A DNA stretch of 64,000 nucleotides from Enterobacter phage EC-F2. This document shows, piece after piece, positions 35,481-44,430 of the stretch. The position numbers and the translations under genes were made by a program. The DNA lies in sequence record MN508624.2, one strand, 5' to 3'. The notes below the pieces were generated by a model. The model worked only from the letters and a program-made list of their open reading frames with translations. It was not told the origin of the DNA and did not search any database. How positions within the stretch are numbered: the stretch's first letter is position 1; each line of letters begins with the position of its first letter.

Positions 35481-35870
35481 TTAAGAAAGTTTTGTCAGCT
35501 TGTAAATCGTTTGATAGCACAAGCCTTTGATCTCGTCCAGGACGTTCTTCAATGAACTATCTACTGAATCATAGATTTCGTTGGCTTCATCGGCTATTTT
35601 ACGGAGATACGCGACCGTGTCAAGCACATTTTCTGTTTTTAATACGGGTTTGTATCGACCAGTAATGCCTATATGGATTTCGGTGAATTTATCAACCAAA
35701 TCCTGCATATCTTCGTAAAACCCTTCAAATGCTTTATGCTGTGAATATGAACCAGTCGCAAAATGTGCGCTGTGCATATAGGTTACAGACATTAAGCAAG
35801 TGCCAATAAAGGCATCAATTTTACTCGCGGTATCGCGTTCTGTTACTTCGTTAAACGTCTGCATCTTCAT
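35481..35870 (-). CDS. hypothetical protein (129 aa)
   Basis: ORF. Confidence 0.5.
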   Translation of the reverse strand: MKMQTFNEVTERDTASKIDAFIGTCLMSVTYMHSAHFATGSYSQHKAFEGFYEDMQDLVDKFTEIHIGITGRYKPVLKTENVLDTVAYLRKIADEANEIYDSVDSSLKNVLDEIKGLCYQTIYKLTKLS

Positions 35871-35873
35871 CCC

Positions 35874-36164
35874 TTATGAACGATGAATAGCGGCGAATTC
35901 ACTTGCAACCCGTAGCCCTAAACGTTTACATTCGGGTTCGGATTTACATTGCTTCTGCTGCCATTTTCGTTCCATGTAATTATAGAATAGTTCACTGGTA
36001 TTTACGCTGGGAGGGATGGTGTCAAGATATACCTGTAGCGCCGCATTGATATAGTAATCGAACTCTTTGGCGACTACTGACCTATCATCAGCATGTGATG
36101 ACGGAGACAAGATTAACAAACCAAACATCAGCGCTTTAGATATGCGTTTAATGTTCATAAGCAA
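35874..36164 (-). CDS. secreted/periplasmic hypothetical protein (signal peptide ...SSHA|DD)
   Basis: N-terminal signal peptide. Confidence 0.5.
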   Translation of the reverse strand: MLMNIKRISKALMFGLLILSPSSHADDRSVVAKEFDYYINAALQVYLDTIPPSVNTSELFYNYMERKWQQKQCKSEPECKRLGLRVASEFAAIHRS

Positions 36165-36224
36165 TTCTCTACGTGCTTACGGATCAACAATAGATCCGTT
36201 CCTGTATATATTTATAGCAAAAAA

Positions 36225-36250
36225 GGGGCGAATCGCCCCTTATGTAAAAT
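36225..36250. terminator. bidirectional hairpin aaggggcgaatcgcccctt flanked by A/T runs
   Basis: Perfect 7-bp stem. Confidence 0.5.
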
Positions 36251-36265
36251 TAGTCTAAAAATACA

Positions 36266-36658
36266 TCAAGTTATCTCATACCAGCATAAGCTACGCTCAA
36301 AAGCGCGGATCTTATTTGCGTTCTCGATATTTTCATCCCATCCAATCACGCCAGCTTTCATCCGGCGTAACTCCTGACGCATTTTAGCGCGTACTTTCGA
36401 ATCAATCTTTTTCACAGCGATTGAAAGCATCGCGGAGATATCACGATGAGCTTTGTTACCGTCGCGATTCAGGTTTTTATCGAACCGGATATATGCACAA
36501 CCTGATTTGTGTTTCCAGTTGGTTGTATACCAACGTAAACCATCAGAACTTTCCCCGTGCTGTGCATAATACTCTGAAAATGCTTTTGTCTCTTCGATCT
36601 GTTCGATGGAGGACTTATCACGGACTGGAACATATTTCTTACGGTAAGTACGGCTCAT
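36266..36658 (-). CDS. hypothetical basic protein (130 aa)
   Basis: ORF. Confidence 0.5.
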   Translation of the reverse strand: MSRTYRKKYVPVRDKSSIEQIEETKAFSEYYAQHGESSDGLRWYTTNWKHKSGCAYIRFDKNLNRDGNKAHRDISAMLSIAVKKIDSKVRAKMRQELRRMKAGVIGWDENIENANKIRAFERSLCWYEIT

Positions 36659-36688
36659 AGTGTTCTCCTTTGTTTGTCTGAATACACC

Positions 36689-37243
36689 TTAACAGTTCAG
36701 ACCAACATTATCAAGAAGTTTTTCGTGATAATGTTTGCGACAGAGCGAAACGTATTTGTCTTCGGCTCCGATCTCAACCTGCTCCCCTTCGGTTACGAAG
36801 TTGCCTTGTGCGTCGATACGTGCAACCGTAGTTGCTTTGCTTCCACAGTGACACATTCCGCGCAGTTCTCGGATCTCGTCTGCCCAGGCCAACAACCAGT
36901 AAGAACCCTCGAACAGATTCAACTGGAAATCAGTACGCAGACCGTAAGCCATTACAGGGATTTCGAGTTCGTCAACAACGCGACATAGATCGAAAACATT
37001 TTTCTTCGAAAGGAATTGCGCCTCGTCAACGAAGATGCAAGCAATTTTATTCCGGCGCTGAATGTCCCAGAACAGATCCATATCAGGCGCAATCAATTGA
37101 CACTTTTCGTTCAGCCCGATACGCGAACTCACTGTGTTTGATGTGCGGGTGTCGATTGCTGGCTTATAGATTACAACACGCATACCGCGTTCTTTGTAAT
37201 TGTGCGCGTCCGTCAACAGTCGCGCACTCTTTCCAGCGTTCAT
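36689..37243 (-). CDS. tk: thymidine kinase (ATG MNAGKS start; may extend to a TTG at 37273)
   Basis: MNAGKSARLL P-loop, VDEAQF, VMAYGLRTDF, CHCG...SLCRKHY zinc ribbon. Co-linear with T4 Tk. Confidence 0.85.
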   Translation of the reverse strand: MNAGKSARLLTDAHNYKERGMRVVIYKPAIDTRTSNTVSSRIGLNEKCQLIAPDMDLFWDIQRRNKIACIFVDEAQFLSKKNVFDLCRVVDELEIPVMAYGLRTDFQLNLFEGSYWLLAWADEIRELRGMCHCGSKATTVARIDAQGNFVTEGEQVEIGAEDKYVSLCRKHYHEKLLDNVGLNC

Positions 37244-37265
37244 TGATGCATAGTGATAATACAAT

Positions 37266-37481
37266 TTAGCCAATTGTAAACCATCCTTTACCCATGAGTT
37301 TTTTGTTACGTCGCGCAAGATGCTCTTTGATTTCCGGCATCTGGATAGCAATATCATACTCTTCTTTCGTCATGGTATGATTTGCGCAACCCATACACCC
37401 GCACACCTGCGCGTTACACCAACGGAGTGTTCCGTATGTCGCAATCACCTTCATTGCTTTAGCTTTGATTTTGTCAGTCAT
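37266..37481 (-). CDS. hypothetical Cys-rich small protein (CNAQVCGCMGC)
   Basis: ORF. Start trimmed to avoid overlap with the upstream gene. Confidence 0.4.
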   Translation of the reverse strand: MTDKIKAKAMKVIATYGTLRWCNAQVCGCMGCANHTMTKEEYDIAIQMPEIKEHLARRNKKLMGKGWFTIG

Positions 37482-37761
37482 GATTATAACCGCCCATTTC
37501 GCTATCTTGTGCTTTATGGATATCAAGATACCACATATTGATTTTGCTTTTCAGTTCGCCCATTTCTTTATCCAGTCCTTCATCAACAAGACAAAGAATG
37601 TCAACCACCGTTTTACGCTGTGTGATGTTGATTTTGTTCGCTTTCATGGACTGCGCCAGCGCTTCACAGGTTTTCACCAGTGCGGCGCGTTGTCCTTTGA
37701 TTGCGGCGATCCGTTTGTTCGCTTTCTTGATCGCCCGACCTGCTTTGATAGGATCAATCAT
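37474..37761 (-). CDS. hypothetical protein (95 aa)
   Basis: ORF. Confidence 0.45.
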   Translation of the reverse strand: MIDPIKAGRAIKKANKRIAAIKGQRAALVKTCEALAQSMKANKINITQRKTVVDILCLVDEGLDKEMGELKSKINMWYLDIHKAQDSEMGGYNHD

Positions 37762-37966
37762 GATTAGCTCGCTCCACTGCTACCGCATCACGAACAGCAT
37801 CTTCGATTTCATTTTCAACGAAATCCAGGATATCCGCTGTAATGTCGTCGATACAGGATTGATTGTAGTTGCGTGAATCAGGATCATCATCTTCGGCATA
37901 ATCCTGATACGCTTCGCCCAGTTGTTTCAGTTTATGTTTTAACAGCTTTTGTTCTTGTGGTCTCAT
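37754..37966 (-). CDS. hypothetical acidic protein (70 aa)
   Basis: ORF. Confidence 0.45.
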   Translation of the reverse strand: MRPQEQKLLKHKLKQLGEAYQDYAEDDDPDSRNYNQSCIDDITADILDFVENEIEDAVRDAVAVERANHD

Positions 37967-38139
37967 TCTCTCGCCTCTTTACGTCCGGCATCAACCAGAT
38001 CATCCACAAAGCTAACGATATCATCCCACCAATCCAGCGCTTCCTGTGATGCTTTCGCGTCACCATCAAGGAAACGGTCACGAGCGCTCGCAAACTTCTC
38101 TATTTTGCTATAGAGCTTTTCTTTATTTGCTTCAATCAT
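37967..38139 (-). CDS. hypothetical 56-aa protein (not in track)
   Basis: ATGA overlaps at both ends (38136-38139 and 37966-37969). Confidence 0.35.
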
Positions 38140-38633
38140 GATAAGTCCGCCTTACGTGGATCAACCGATGGATCGAAGTGAACGACGATGATCGGGTAAT
38201 CTCCCGTACACTCGTCAATAATAGCGCTAATACGCAACCAATCGCCCCCAGCAAGCCCCGCACCGATAAGAGGGGTAATGATAGGCAATTTTTCAGGAAA
38301 CGCACTGGCGCGTTCTACGGCGCTCACAAAGCATGACCGGATTGCATCATAATCCACTTGTGGGCCAGTACCCCAGAATTTAAACTGAGTGTAGGCATTG
38401 AAGACAATCTGACCTTCTTCCGTCATGTAGATGGAGTTAGTGCCTAACTTCCGCTGATCGCCTTTCATAGTCAGTGCATCAATTTTGAACGCACCAGGGA
38501 TTTTGTGCTTCACTTCTTTAGCAATACCCGCGCCCATGTTGCAATAACAGTTACACCCATGAATCAAGTGTACTTTTCGTTTCAGGAACAACTCTACAGC
38601 GTTCCCTTTGATTTCTTTAATAATCATTTTCAT
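38136..38633 (-). CDS. macrodomain (ADP-ribose binding/hydrolase) protein
   Basis: HGCNCYCNMGAGIAKEV and PLIGAGLAGGDW match macrodomain Gly-rich motifs. Confidence 0.65.
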   Translation of the reverse strand: MKMIIKEIKGNAVELFLKRKVHLIHGCNCYCNMGAGIAKEVKHKIPGAFKIDALTMKGDQRKLGTNSIYMTEEGQIVFNAYTQFKFWGTGPQVDYDAIRSCFVSAVERASAFPEKLPIITPLIGAGLAGGDWLRISAIIDECTGDYPIIVVHFDPSVDPRKADLS

Positions 38634-38715
38634 CACCTGTATAGTGGCGGTAAGCCAGCACAGCCAGCCCCGCGATCACAACCACAACACACATTAAGAT
38701 ATAACCTGTGTTCAT
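38618..38715 (-). CDS. 32-aa single-TM micro-protein (MNTGYILMCVVVVIAGLAVLAYRHY...)
   Basis: Translationally coupled upstream of the macro gene. Confidence 0.35.
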
Positions 38716-38848
38716 TTAAATTGGTCATCCCATCTTTGCCACGCTTCCAACTCGTCATCATACACAGGGAACGAGGTTTCGTTTGGCTGTTTAACGTAAT
38801 ACCAGATAATGATTGCAGCAGCAATCACACACCCATAAAAGATCACTA
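38713..38848 (-). CDS. 45-aa single-TM micro-protein (MLGLVIFYGCVIAAAIIIWYY...)
   Basis: ATGA overlap with the next ORF. Confidence 0.35.
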
Positions 38849-38857
38849 ATCCCAACA

Positions 38858-39178
38858 TCAGTATAATCCTATGCCAGCAACATATTCATCAACCAGGTAA
38901 GTACGGAGTTTTTCACAACGTTCCTTATTTGGCGCATTGGTACAGAGGTTCATCATTGGTTCAGACTGTAAAAACTCATGCAGTTTAACCAACTTCTGAC
39001 GCTTGAAGAGGTGCGCGTTTTCTTCGCCCCACACATAAGCCGCGTCCAGTTGTTCGGCAATCACCTGTTCACATACCGCAACGTCTTTAATGTCACGATT
39101 ATTGCAGAGTTCAGCCAGTCGATCATCAGCATGAGCAAAGCCAGCAAACAGAGTGAGTAACAGCGCAAGTTTTTTCAT
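38858..39178 (-). CDS. secreted hypothetical protein (signal peptide ...AHA|DD; 4 Cys)
   Basis: Signal peptide. Confidence 0.5.
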   Translation of the reverse strand: MKKLALLLTLFAGFAHADDRLAELCNNRDIKDVAVCEQVIAEQLDAAYVWGEENAHLFKRQKLVKLHEFLQSEPMMNLCTNAPNKERCEKLRTYLVDEYVAGIGLY

Positions 39179-39187
39179 CGTTTTACC

Positions 39188-39799
39188 TTAGTATGAATCG
39201 TTTTCGATAGGGGTATAATAATGGGTTTCACAGACATACGCAAGCACTGATCGCAAACTATCGCTTTCAAATTCTGGCTTTTGATTGCGTTTCAGGCTCC
39301 AGCCAGTGAAACACATCCAGCGTTCTTCTGCAACGTCAAATGCTAACCAGTACGTATTGAACTCTGAACATGTATGTTCGAAGATATCGAACAGTAATTT
39401 ACCGCCGATCGGCTTCACATATGGCTTCACGCGTTGAAGCGATTTCAGAACTGATTCGAGGTTACTGCGATCCTCATTCATCGCAATACGGAGAATATGC
39501 TGATTGGTTTCTGGGTTATACCCATCGATCGCAAGTCCCATATCCTGGAAGAACTTAGTCGCATCACGGAAAATTTCATGTCCGCTGTTCGGTGAATTGA
39601 TGTAAAACTCCATACGTTGTTTTGGAGTCATCGCACGGACGCGGGACGCGGTAGCCTTGTCGATCTCTTCTTTGATCTCCTGACGGCCTTTCAGTAACCC
39701 GTTCAGCTTTTCCTGATAGGGTTTCATTACCGCCCTGATCTCGTCGATACGTTCATCAACGATCGCTAACTGCTGTTCCGGTGTCAGTTTAGTTTCCAT
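39188..39799 (-). CDS. hypothetical protein (203 aa)
   Basis: ORF. Confidence 0.55.
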   Translation of the reverse strand: METKLTPEQQLAIVDERIDEIRAVMKPYQEKLNGLLKGRQEIKEEIDKATASRVRAMTPKQRMEFYINSPNSGHEIFRDATKFFQDMGLAIDGYNPETNQHILRIAMNEDRSNLESVLKSLQRVKPYVKPIGGKLLFDIFEHTCSEFNTYWLAFDVAEERWMCFTGWSLKRNQKPEFESDSLRSVLAYVCETHYYTPIENDSY

Positions 39800-39800
39800 G

Positions 39801-40205
39801 TTAAGCCCCTACGCGCACAAAGCGATCTTCAATTGCATCATTAACACATTCGTAAATGCTAACGTCATTCGGGACGTGCTTACGAATACCCACTTTCACG
39901 ATATCCATGATCTCTTTGTTGCTACCCCACACGTTCAGGTTGAAGTAAACACCGCCGCTATGAATTGTGTTGTTGCCAACATCAAGATACGTATCTTGAC
40001 TTTCGCAGATAAACAGTTTGCGTTTTTCTTCACCATATGCGAAGTAAATGCTGAAAGATTCCATGCGATGACGATCGACCGTGATGGTGTCTACTTTAAC
40101 CTTTGGATCTTTGTTCAGTTCGTCCAGCACACCCTGAATGATGTGCAGCATGTTAGGCTTGATGATAGTTGGATGACTGGTAATAACTCGATGTGATGTG
40201 CTCAT
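39801..40205 (-). CDS. hypothetical protein (134 aa)
   Basis: ORF downstream of a PeSL cassette. Confidence 0.5.
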   Translation of the reverse strand: MSTSHRVITSHPTIIKPNMLHIIQGVLDELNKDPKVKVDTITVDRHRMESFSIYFAYGEEKRKLFICESQDTYLDVGNNTIHSGGVYFNLNVWGSNKEIMDIVKVGIRKHVPNDVSIYECVNDAIEDRFVRVGA

Positions 40206-40221
40206 AATTTAATCCTCAATA

Positions 40222-40270
40222 GTTGGTACACACATAATAAAAAAGCCCCTGCGAAATTGCAAGGGCTTTT
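40222..40270 (-). repeat. PeSL-like cassette (hairpin gcccctgcgaaattgcaagggc; variant leader)
   Basis: Same hairpin family. Confidence 0.5.
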
Positions 40271-40272
40271 TA

Positions 40273-40923
40273 TCAGATAATGCGTTTTTCTTCTAACAGC
40301 TTCGCGGTATGGTTAACCATGCGAGCGTAATCACGGGCTTCTTTCTTTGAATACTTGAATCCCGCGTTGTAACTCGCCAGCGCCTTTTTCAAGTCGCCTT
40401 TGTGGTAATCAAGCCAGTATTCCAGTTCGTGAAGTGCATACTTGGAACCACCCCGAAGGGTTTCGAGCTTATTGATTACTACGCGTTTGGAATATGATTT
40501 ATCCATTCGTGCGGACGCGCTACGGGCTGTTACTTGAAAACAACCATAAGCATGATGATTCTTTTTGCCTTTCCCTACGTTCTCACATGCGCGAGACTCG
40601 ATCCAGGCAATAGCCGCTAAATGATATCCCAAACGTTTCGATGTTTCCGATTCAACTGGCTTTGCAGTTTTGAGATCGTATTCGTTACCGATCCTGAAAG
40701 CGTACTCCAAAACCTTTTTCTGCTTTGGTGTAATATCATCCAATTCCTTAACATAACTGGGGGCATTGGCTGGCGCTTTCTTCATTACTGTTGCTTGTTG
40801 TAGCGGTAAAGTTGACTTCACAGAAGGGAGTGTTTGGATAAACTCTCCTAACGGATCAGTCGCCGCGTTGCCAGAAAAAGAGCATAAGGCAACAACAAAA
40901 GGTAGTATCCATTTGAATTTCAT
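40273..40923 (-). CDS. soluble lytic transglycosylase (SLT-domain) with signal peptide
   Basis: Signal peptide MKFKWILPFVVALCSFSGNAA, then WIESRA...YGCFQV (catalytic Glu plus GLMQ-like motif). Confidence 0.6.
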   Translation of the reverse strand: MKFKWILPFVVALCSFSGNAATDPLGEFIQTLPSVKSTLPLQQATVMKKAPANAPSYVKELDDITPKQKKVLEYAFRIGNEYDLKTAKPVESETSKRLGYHLAAIAWIESRACENVGKGKKNHHAYGCFQVTARSASARMDKSYSKRVVINKLETLRGGSKYALHELEYWLDYHKGDLKKALASYNAGFKYSKKEARDYARMVNHTAKLLEEKRII

Positions 40924-41459
40924 GGGCTTTCCTTATTATAAAAAGTTCCAAAATTTAACAACGCTGATTTTTTATACACATTACTTGCTTCTTCGGGATC
41001 ATCAAAAGAACCGAGATATGTCACTTTACCATACAATGTTATTTGCGCAATCCATTTTTGGTTTGAGCTATTCCATGTAACACCAGTAAATCCAGAAGTG
41101 TTGTTTTTCTGCATACCTTTCTTTTGTGAATTTTGTGTGTTGGTTACTTCTTGTAAGTTTCTAATACCATCACCAAAAGCAACGCCTTTTTTATGATCTA
41201 TCATGACAGGGAGATTGCCAGTAGAAACATAATAGACTATTCGATGTCTTCTAAGCTGTTTTCCTTTGAAGTTTATAACTGTGTATCCGTCCTTTCTTAG
41301 TGTTCCTGCAACAGAACCAATTTTAATCTTTCTATTGGTTGATACAGTCCATACACATAGTCCGGTTGACGTATCAACACTAATATAGTTAAGTAATTCG
41401 TCTATCAGGTCTTTTTCTTCTGATAGCGTTCTTTCTCCCCATCCATAAGATTTCTTCAT
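40920..41459 (-). CDS. HNH-AP2 homing endonuclease (free-standing)
   Basis: HRIVYYV...MIDHKKG...NL (HNH_3) plus C-terminal GVTWNSSNQKWIAQI...GSFDDPEEASNVY (AP2 domain). Confidence 0.75.
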   Translation of the reverse strand: MKKSYGWGERTLSEEKDLIDELLNYISVDTSTGLCVWTVSTNRKIKIGSVAGTLRKDGYTVINFKGKQLRRHRIVYYVSTGNLPVMIDHKKGVAFGDGIRNLQEVTNTQNSQKKGMQKNNTSGFTGVTWNSSNQKWIAQITLYGKVTYLGSFDDPEEASNVYKKSALLNFGTFYNKESP

Positions 41460-41511
41460 TGTAATACCTTTTTTGTAACAAGAGAGGGCTATGATACCCT
41501 CGTCTTATTAT

Positions 41512-42081
41512 TTATGCAACGATTTCACGCTGTTTTGCTTCGGTCAGCTTGTTCTCGATGAATTCAGCAATGTTATAGTTTGAAATTGACGCAATCGGAT
41601 CGTGCAGCGCTATGATTTCATCAAACGATACCCGAACCACATGTTTAAAGTGAACGCTCCAGCTAGTCGTAAAGATTTCGCTGTTGTTGAACCCACAATC
41701 AGGGCTGAACATGGCGCGATATTCGTACCCTGTGTATTCTTTCAAACGGTTTGCGCTGTGCGCGTTGCTGGTGATCAGGAATTTCCCCTGGTGAGTCTCA
41801 ACCACAAAGAAATAGCCCAGACGTTCTTTATTGTCCAGCATCGTTTCAAACTTACGATTATTTTCTTCGCGATCAACACGGGTTTCGATCATCTTCCAGA
41901 CCTGTTCATATTCAGGCCAATCATGCTCGACAACAACCGCTTCCAGGGGTTCTTTGTGTTGCTCTTTTCGGTAGCGCTCAACTTTACTTAGCACCGCAGA
42001 GAGAAGCAGTTTATCGCTATCACTTAACGCGGAATCAATATCCGCATGTTTCATCACGACATAACGTTCTTCACGTTTCAT
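41512..42081 (-). CDS. hypothetical protein (189 aa)
   Basis: ORF. Confidence 0.55.
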   Translation of the reverse strand: MKREERYVVMKHADIDSALSDSDKLLLSAVLSKVERYRKEQHKEPLEAVVVEHDWPEYEQVWKMIETRVDREENNRKFETMLDNKERLGYFFVVETHQGKFLITSNAHSANRLKEYTGYEYRAMFSPDCGFNNSEIFTTSWSVHFKHVVRVSFDEIIALHDPIASISNYNIAEFIENKLTEAKQREIVA

Positions 42082-42247
42082 ACTACTACATCCTTATCAC
42101 AGACCGGACACCGAATCACACGATACACATCACGACCGCCAGTGTAATCAGTTGATACCTTTTCTTTGACATCCTGCGCAGTGTATGACAGAACAGCACC
42201 ACAACGACAGGCAGTTTGTTTTGGGGTAATGCTTACAACTTGAACCA
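42075..42247 (-). CDS. 57-aa zinc-ribbon micro-protein (CRC...CPVC)
   Basis: ATG with SD. Its stop overlaps the downstream ATG. Confidence 0.35.
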
Positions 42248-42255
42248 TAATAACC

Positions 42256-42450
42256 TCACAAGAATAGTTTCACTTCGCTACCGCATTTCGGGCAGACGAT
42301 ATGTTTTTTCACGATGTAATCAGCAGCACGGAAGAAACCGTTGTAGAACACTTCGTTTTTCTTCTGTACATCAGACAGTTCATACTCTAACCCACTTTTG
42401 CAATTAGCGCAAACGGTAATTAGCTTTGGACTGATAATAACGTTGATCAT
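42256..42450 (-). CDS. zinc-ribbon protein (CANC...CPKC), 64 aa
   Basis: Two CxxC pairs. Confidence 0.45.
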   Translation of the reverse strand: MINVIISPKLITVCANCKSGLEYELSDVQKKNEVFYNGFFRAADYIVKKHIVCPKCGSEVKLFL

Positions 42451-42454
42451 GTAT

Positions 42455-42485
42455 ACCTCACGAAAAAGGGGCCGAAGCCCCCTTG
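42455..42485 (-). terminator. hairpin ggggcttcggcccc + T6 (minus strand)
   Basis: Downstream of the phoH stop. Confidence 0.5.
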
Positions 42486-42486
42486 A

Positions 42487-43833
42487 TCAAAAATTGTCTT
42501 CAACAAAAGCTGCAAGTCGCCCACGATATACGGTATCCAGGATCACATGACTTGAATGACCGTACTCTTTAAGTTTTTCAACCGCATACACAAAGCCGTT
42601 GTTAACAGCAGTATTGCGCGGGTTGTCAATCTGTTTAATGTTCCCGCATAGTATCAGAAGGGTGTTCTCACCGCAACGGGAAATGATGGATTTGATTTCG
42701 TGATTGCTCAAGTTTTGACATTCATCAACAATCAGAACCGAACCTTTACCCGGATCAGGATGCCCGATTGAGCGCCCACGGAAGTAATACAGGCTAGGGA
42801 ACTGGACAACGTTTTTCTCCAGCAGCCCTTCTACGTATTTGTCAACTTCCGGTTGATCCTTAAACAGAATGTTCAGGCTCGTAATACATGGTTCTACAGC
42901 AGGACGCAGTTTTTCGCCAAGAGTACCAGGTAAGAACCCGATTTCGCCCGACAGAGGGCTATCTGCCTTGACATACATCAGGTTTGCGAAGTGTCCCGCG
43001 TTTACCATGTGCATTGCACCAGCAACAGCCAGCATGGTTTTACCTGAACCCGCCGCGCCCATGATGGTCACAACGTCATTGTTTTTGTCCAGAATAGCAT
43101 CAACGAATGACGCTTGCAGAGCATCGCGAGGCTGGATTGTTTTCATCAGCTTACGCTTTAACGCCTGTTCGTGCTTAATAGGCAACACTTCAAGCTGAAA
43201 CTCTCCAGCATTCACCACACGCCCTACAATCTCACCACACGATAGAATGTATTGGTTAGGGTAGAAATCCGCGTCAGGAAGCGATGAATACGTTATAACG
43301 GCAACAGGCCCGACATACTCCAGGACTTCAACAGTTTCCCAGAACAGAGGCAGGTCGATATAACCTGAATACAACACATCACTATCTTTCAGCGAGTCAT
43401 CGCCAGTGTATTGAAGAACCGAACAACCTTTAGACATCGCGATCAACAGCATGTTAATGTCACGAGTCACCAGAGTTGCGCCCTGCTGAATACAAGTTGC
43501 AATGATCCGCACATCCTGTTTATCCAGAGGGAATTCTTCGGTGCCGTCATAATCGACGATTTTCAGTGTTACGCTTTCCGGTACTGCTGGGTTCGATAAG
43601 TTTAACGAAACCCCTGTTTGGGTAATTGCTTCATAATTTTGTCCCAGGATTGCTTTGGACAAAAGCCGGATCGCCAGTCGTGCTTCATGAGCGGTTCGCT
43701 CTTTGCTTTTCAGGTGATCCAGTTCTTCCATCGTTGCAGCGGTGATAATGATTTCGCTGTCAGGTTCGATGTAAGAATAGATTGAATATGGGTTACTAAT
43801 CAAAACATTGGTGTCTAATACGTATTTTGACAT
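42487..43833 (-). CDS. phoH: PIN-domain + PhoH-like ATPase (PhoH2-type)
   Basis: N-terminal VLDTNVLI (PIN), Walker A GAAGSGKT, Walker B LIVDECQN. Confidence 0.8.
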   Translation of the reverse strand: MSKYVLDTNVLISNPYSIYSYIEPDSEIIITAATMEELDHLKSKERTAHEARLAIRLLSKAILGQNYEAITQTGVSLNLSNPAVPESVTLKIVDYDGTEEFPLDKQDVRIIATCIQQGATLVTRDINMLLIAMSKGCSVLQYTGDDSLKDSDVLYSGYIDLPLFWETVEVLEYVGPVAVITYSSLPDADFYPNQYILSCGEIVGRVVNAGEFQLEVLPIKHEQALKRKLMKTIQPRDALQASFVDAILDKNNDVVTIMGAAGSGKTMLAVAGAMHMVNAGHFANLMYVKADSPLSGEIGFLPGTLGEKLRPAVEPCITSLNILFKDQPEVDKYVEGLLEKNVVQFPSLYYFRGRSIGHPDPGKGSVLIVDECQNLSNHEIKSIISRCGENTLLILCGNIKQIDNPRNTAVNNGFVYAVEKLKEYGHSSHVILDTVYRGRLAAFVEDNF

Positions 43834-43842
43834 ACATTAACC

Positions 43843-44430
43843 TTATGTGGTTTCGTTAAAAAATGTGCCGAAAACCTCTTTCGCTTTCCGGTCATAAACG
43901 GCTTTTGCTTCTTCTGGAGTGGTATAATACCCCAAAAATTTTCTTTTTCCATCTATGTTTATCTGCGCTTTATACTTCCCATTTGCTTTGTGATAAGAAA
44001 CACCTTTCAACCCCGTACTGCTGTTTGAATTACATTTCTTTTTCATCGCGTTTTGTTGGTTCGTCGCTTTCTGTAGATTTCTTGCTGTATCTCCATTTTC
44101 AACACCATGCACATGATCTACGATAGGAGGAAGATAACCATTCTCAACGTAAAACACTATTCGGTGTCGCAAATACATAGAACCTTTAAAATGAATTTGG
44201 GAATACTCGTTCTTGCTTCCGGCTTCACTTCCAGGAGACATAGGGCCGCGCTGAATTTTCCAATACACTTTTCCCGTAGATGTATCAACATCTACATAAC
44301 TCAGAAGAGACTCAATCCCTTGAATCTCTTCCTGTATGGTTCTTGATGAATAACCATGACTTTTCATTACATACCCAAACGGATAATATGGATATATGGG
44401 AACGGGTGAAGATGACTTGAACGCATACAC
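43843..44430 (-). CDS. HNH-AP2 homing endonuclease (second copy)
   Basis: HRIVFYV...VDHVHG...NL plus GVSYHKANGKYKAQINIDGKRKFLGYYTTPEEAKAVYD. Confidence 0.75.
   Translation of the reverse strand: MYAFKSSSPVPIYPYYPFGYVMKSHGYSSRTIQEEIQGIESLLSYVDVDTSTGKVYWKIQRGPMSPGSEAGSKNEYSQIHFKGSMYLRHRIVFYVENGYLPPIVDHVHGVENGDTARNLQKATNQQNAMKKKCNSNSSTGLKGVSYHKANGKYKAQINIDGKRKFLGYYTTPEEAKAVYDRKAKEVFGTFFNETT

Noticed and set aside
38633-38824. 63-aa ORF from the ORF track upstream of the macrodomain gene
   Set aside because: It is in the wrong frame. Two shorter TM-peptide ORFs with SD sequences and ATGA coupling occupy this interval in other frames.
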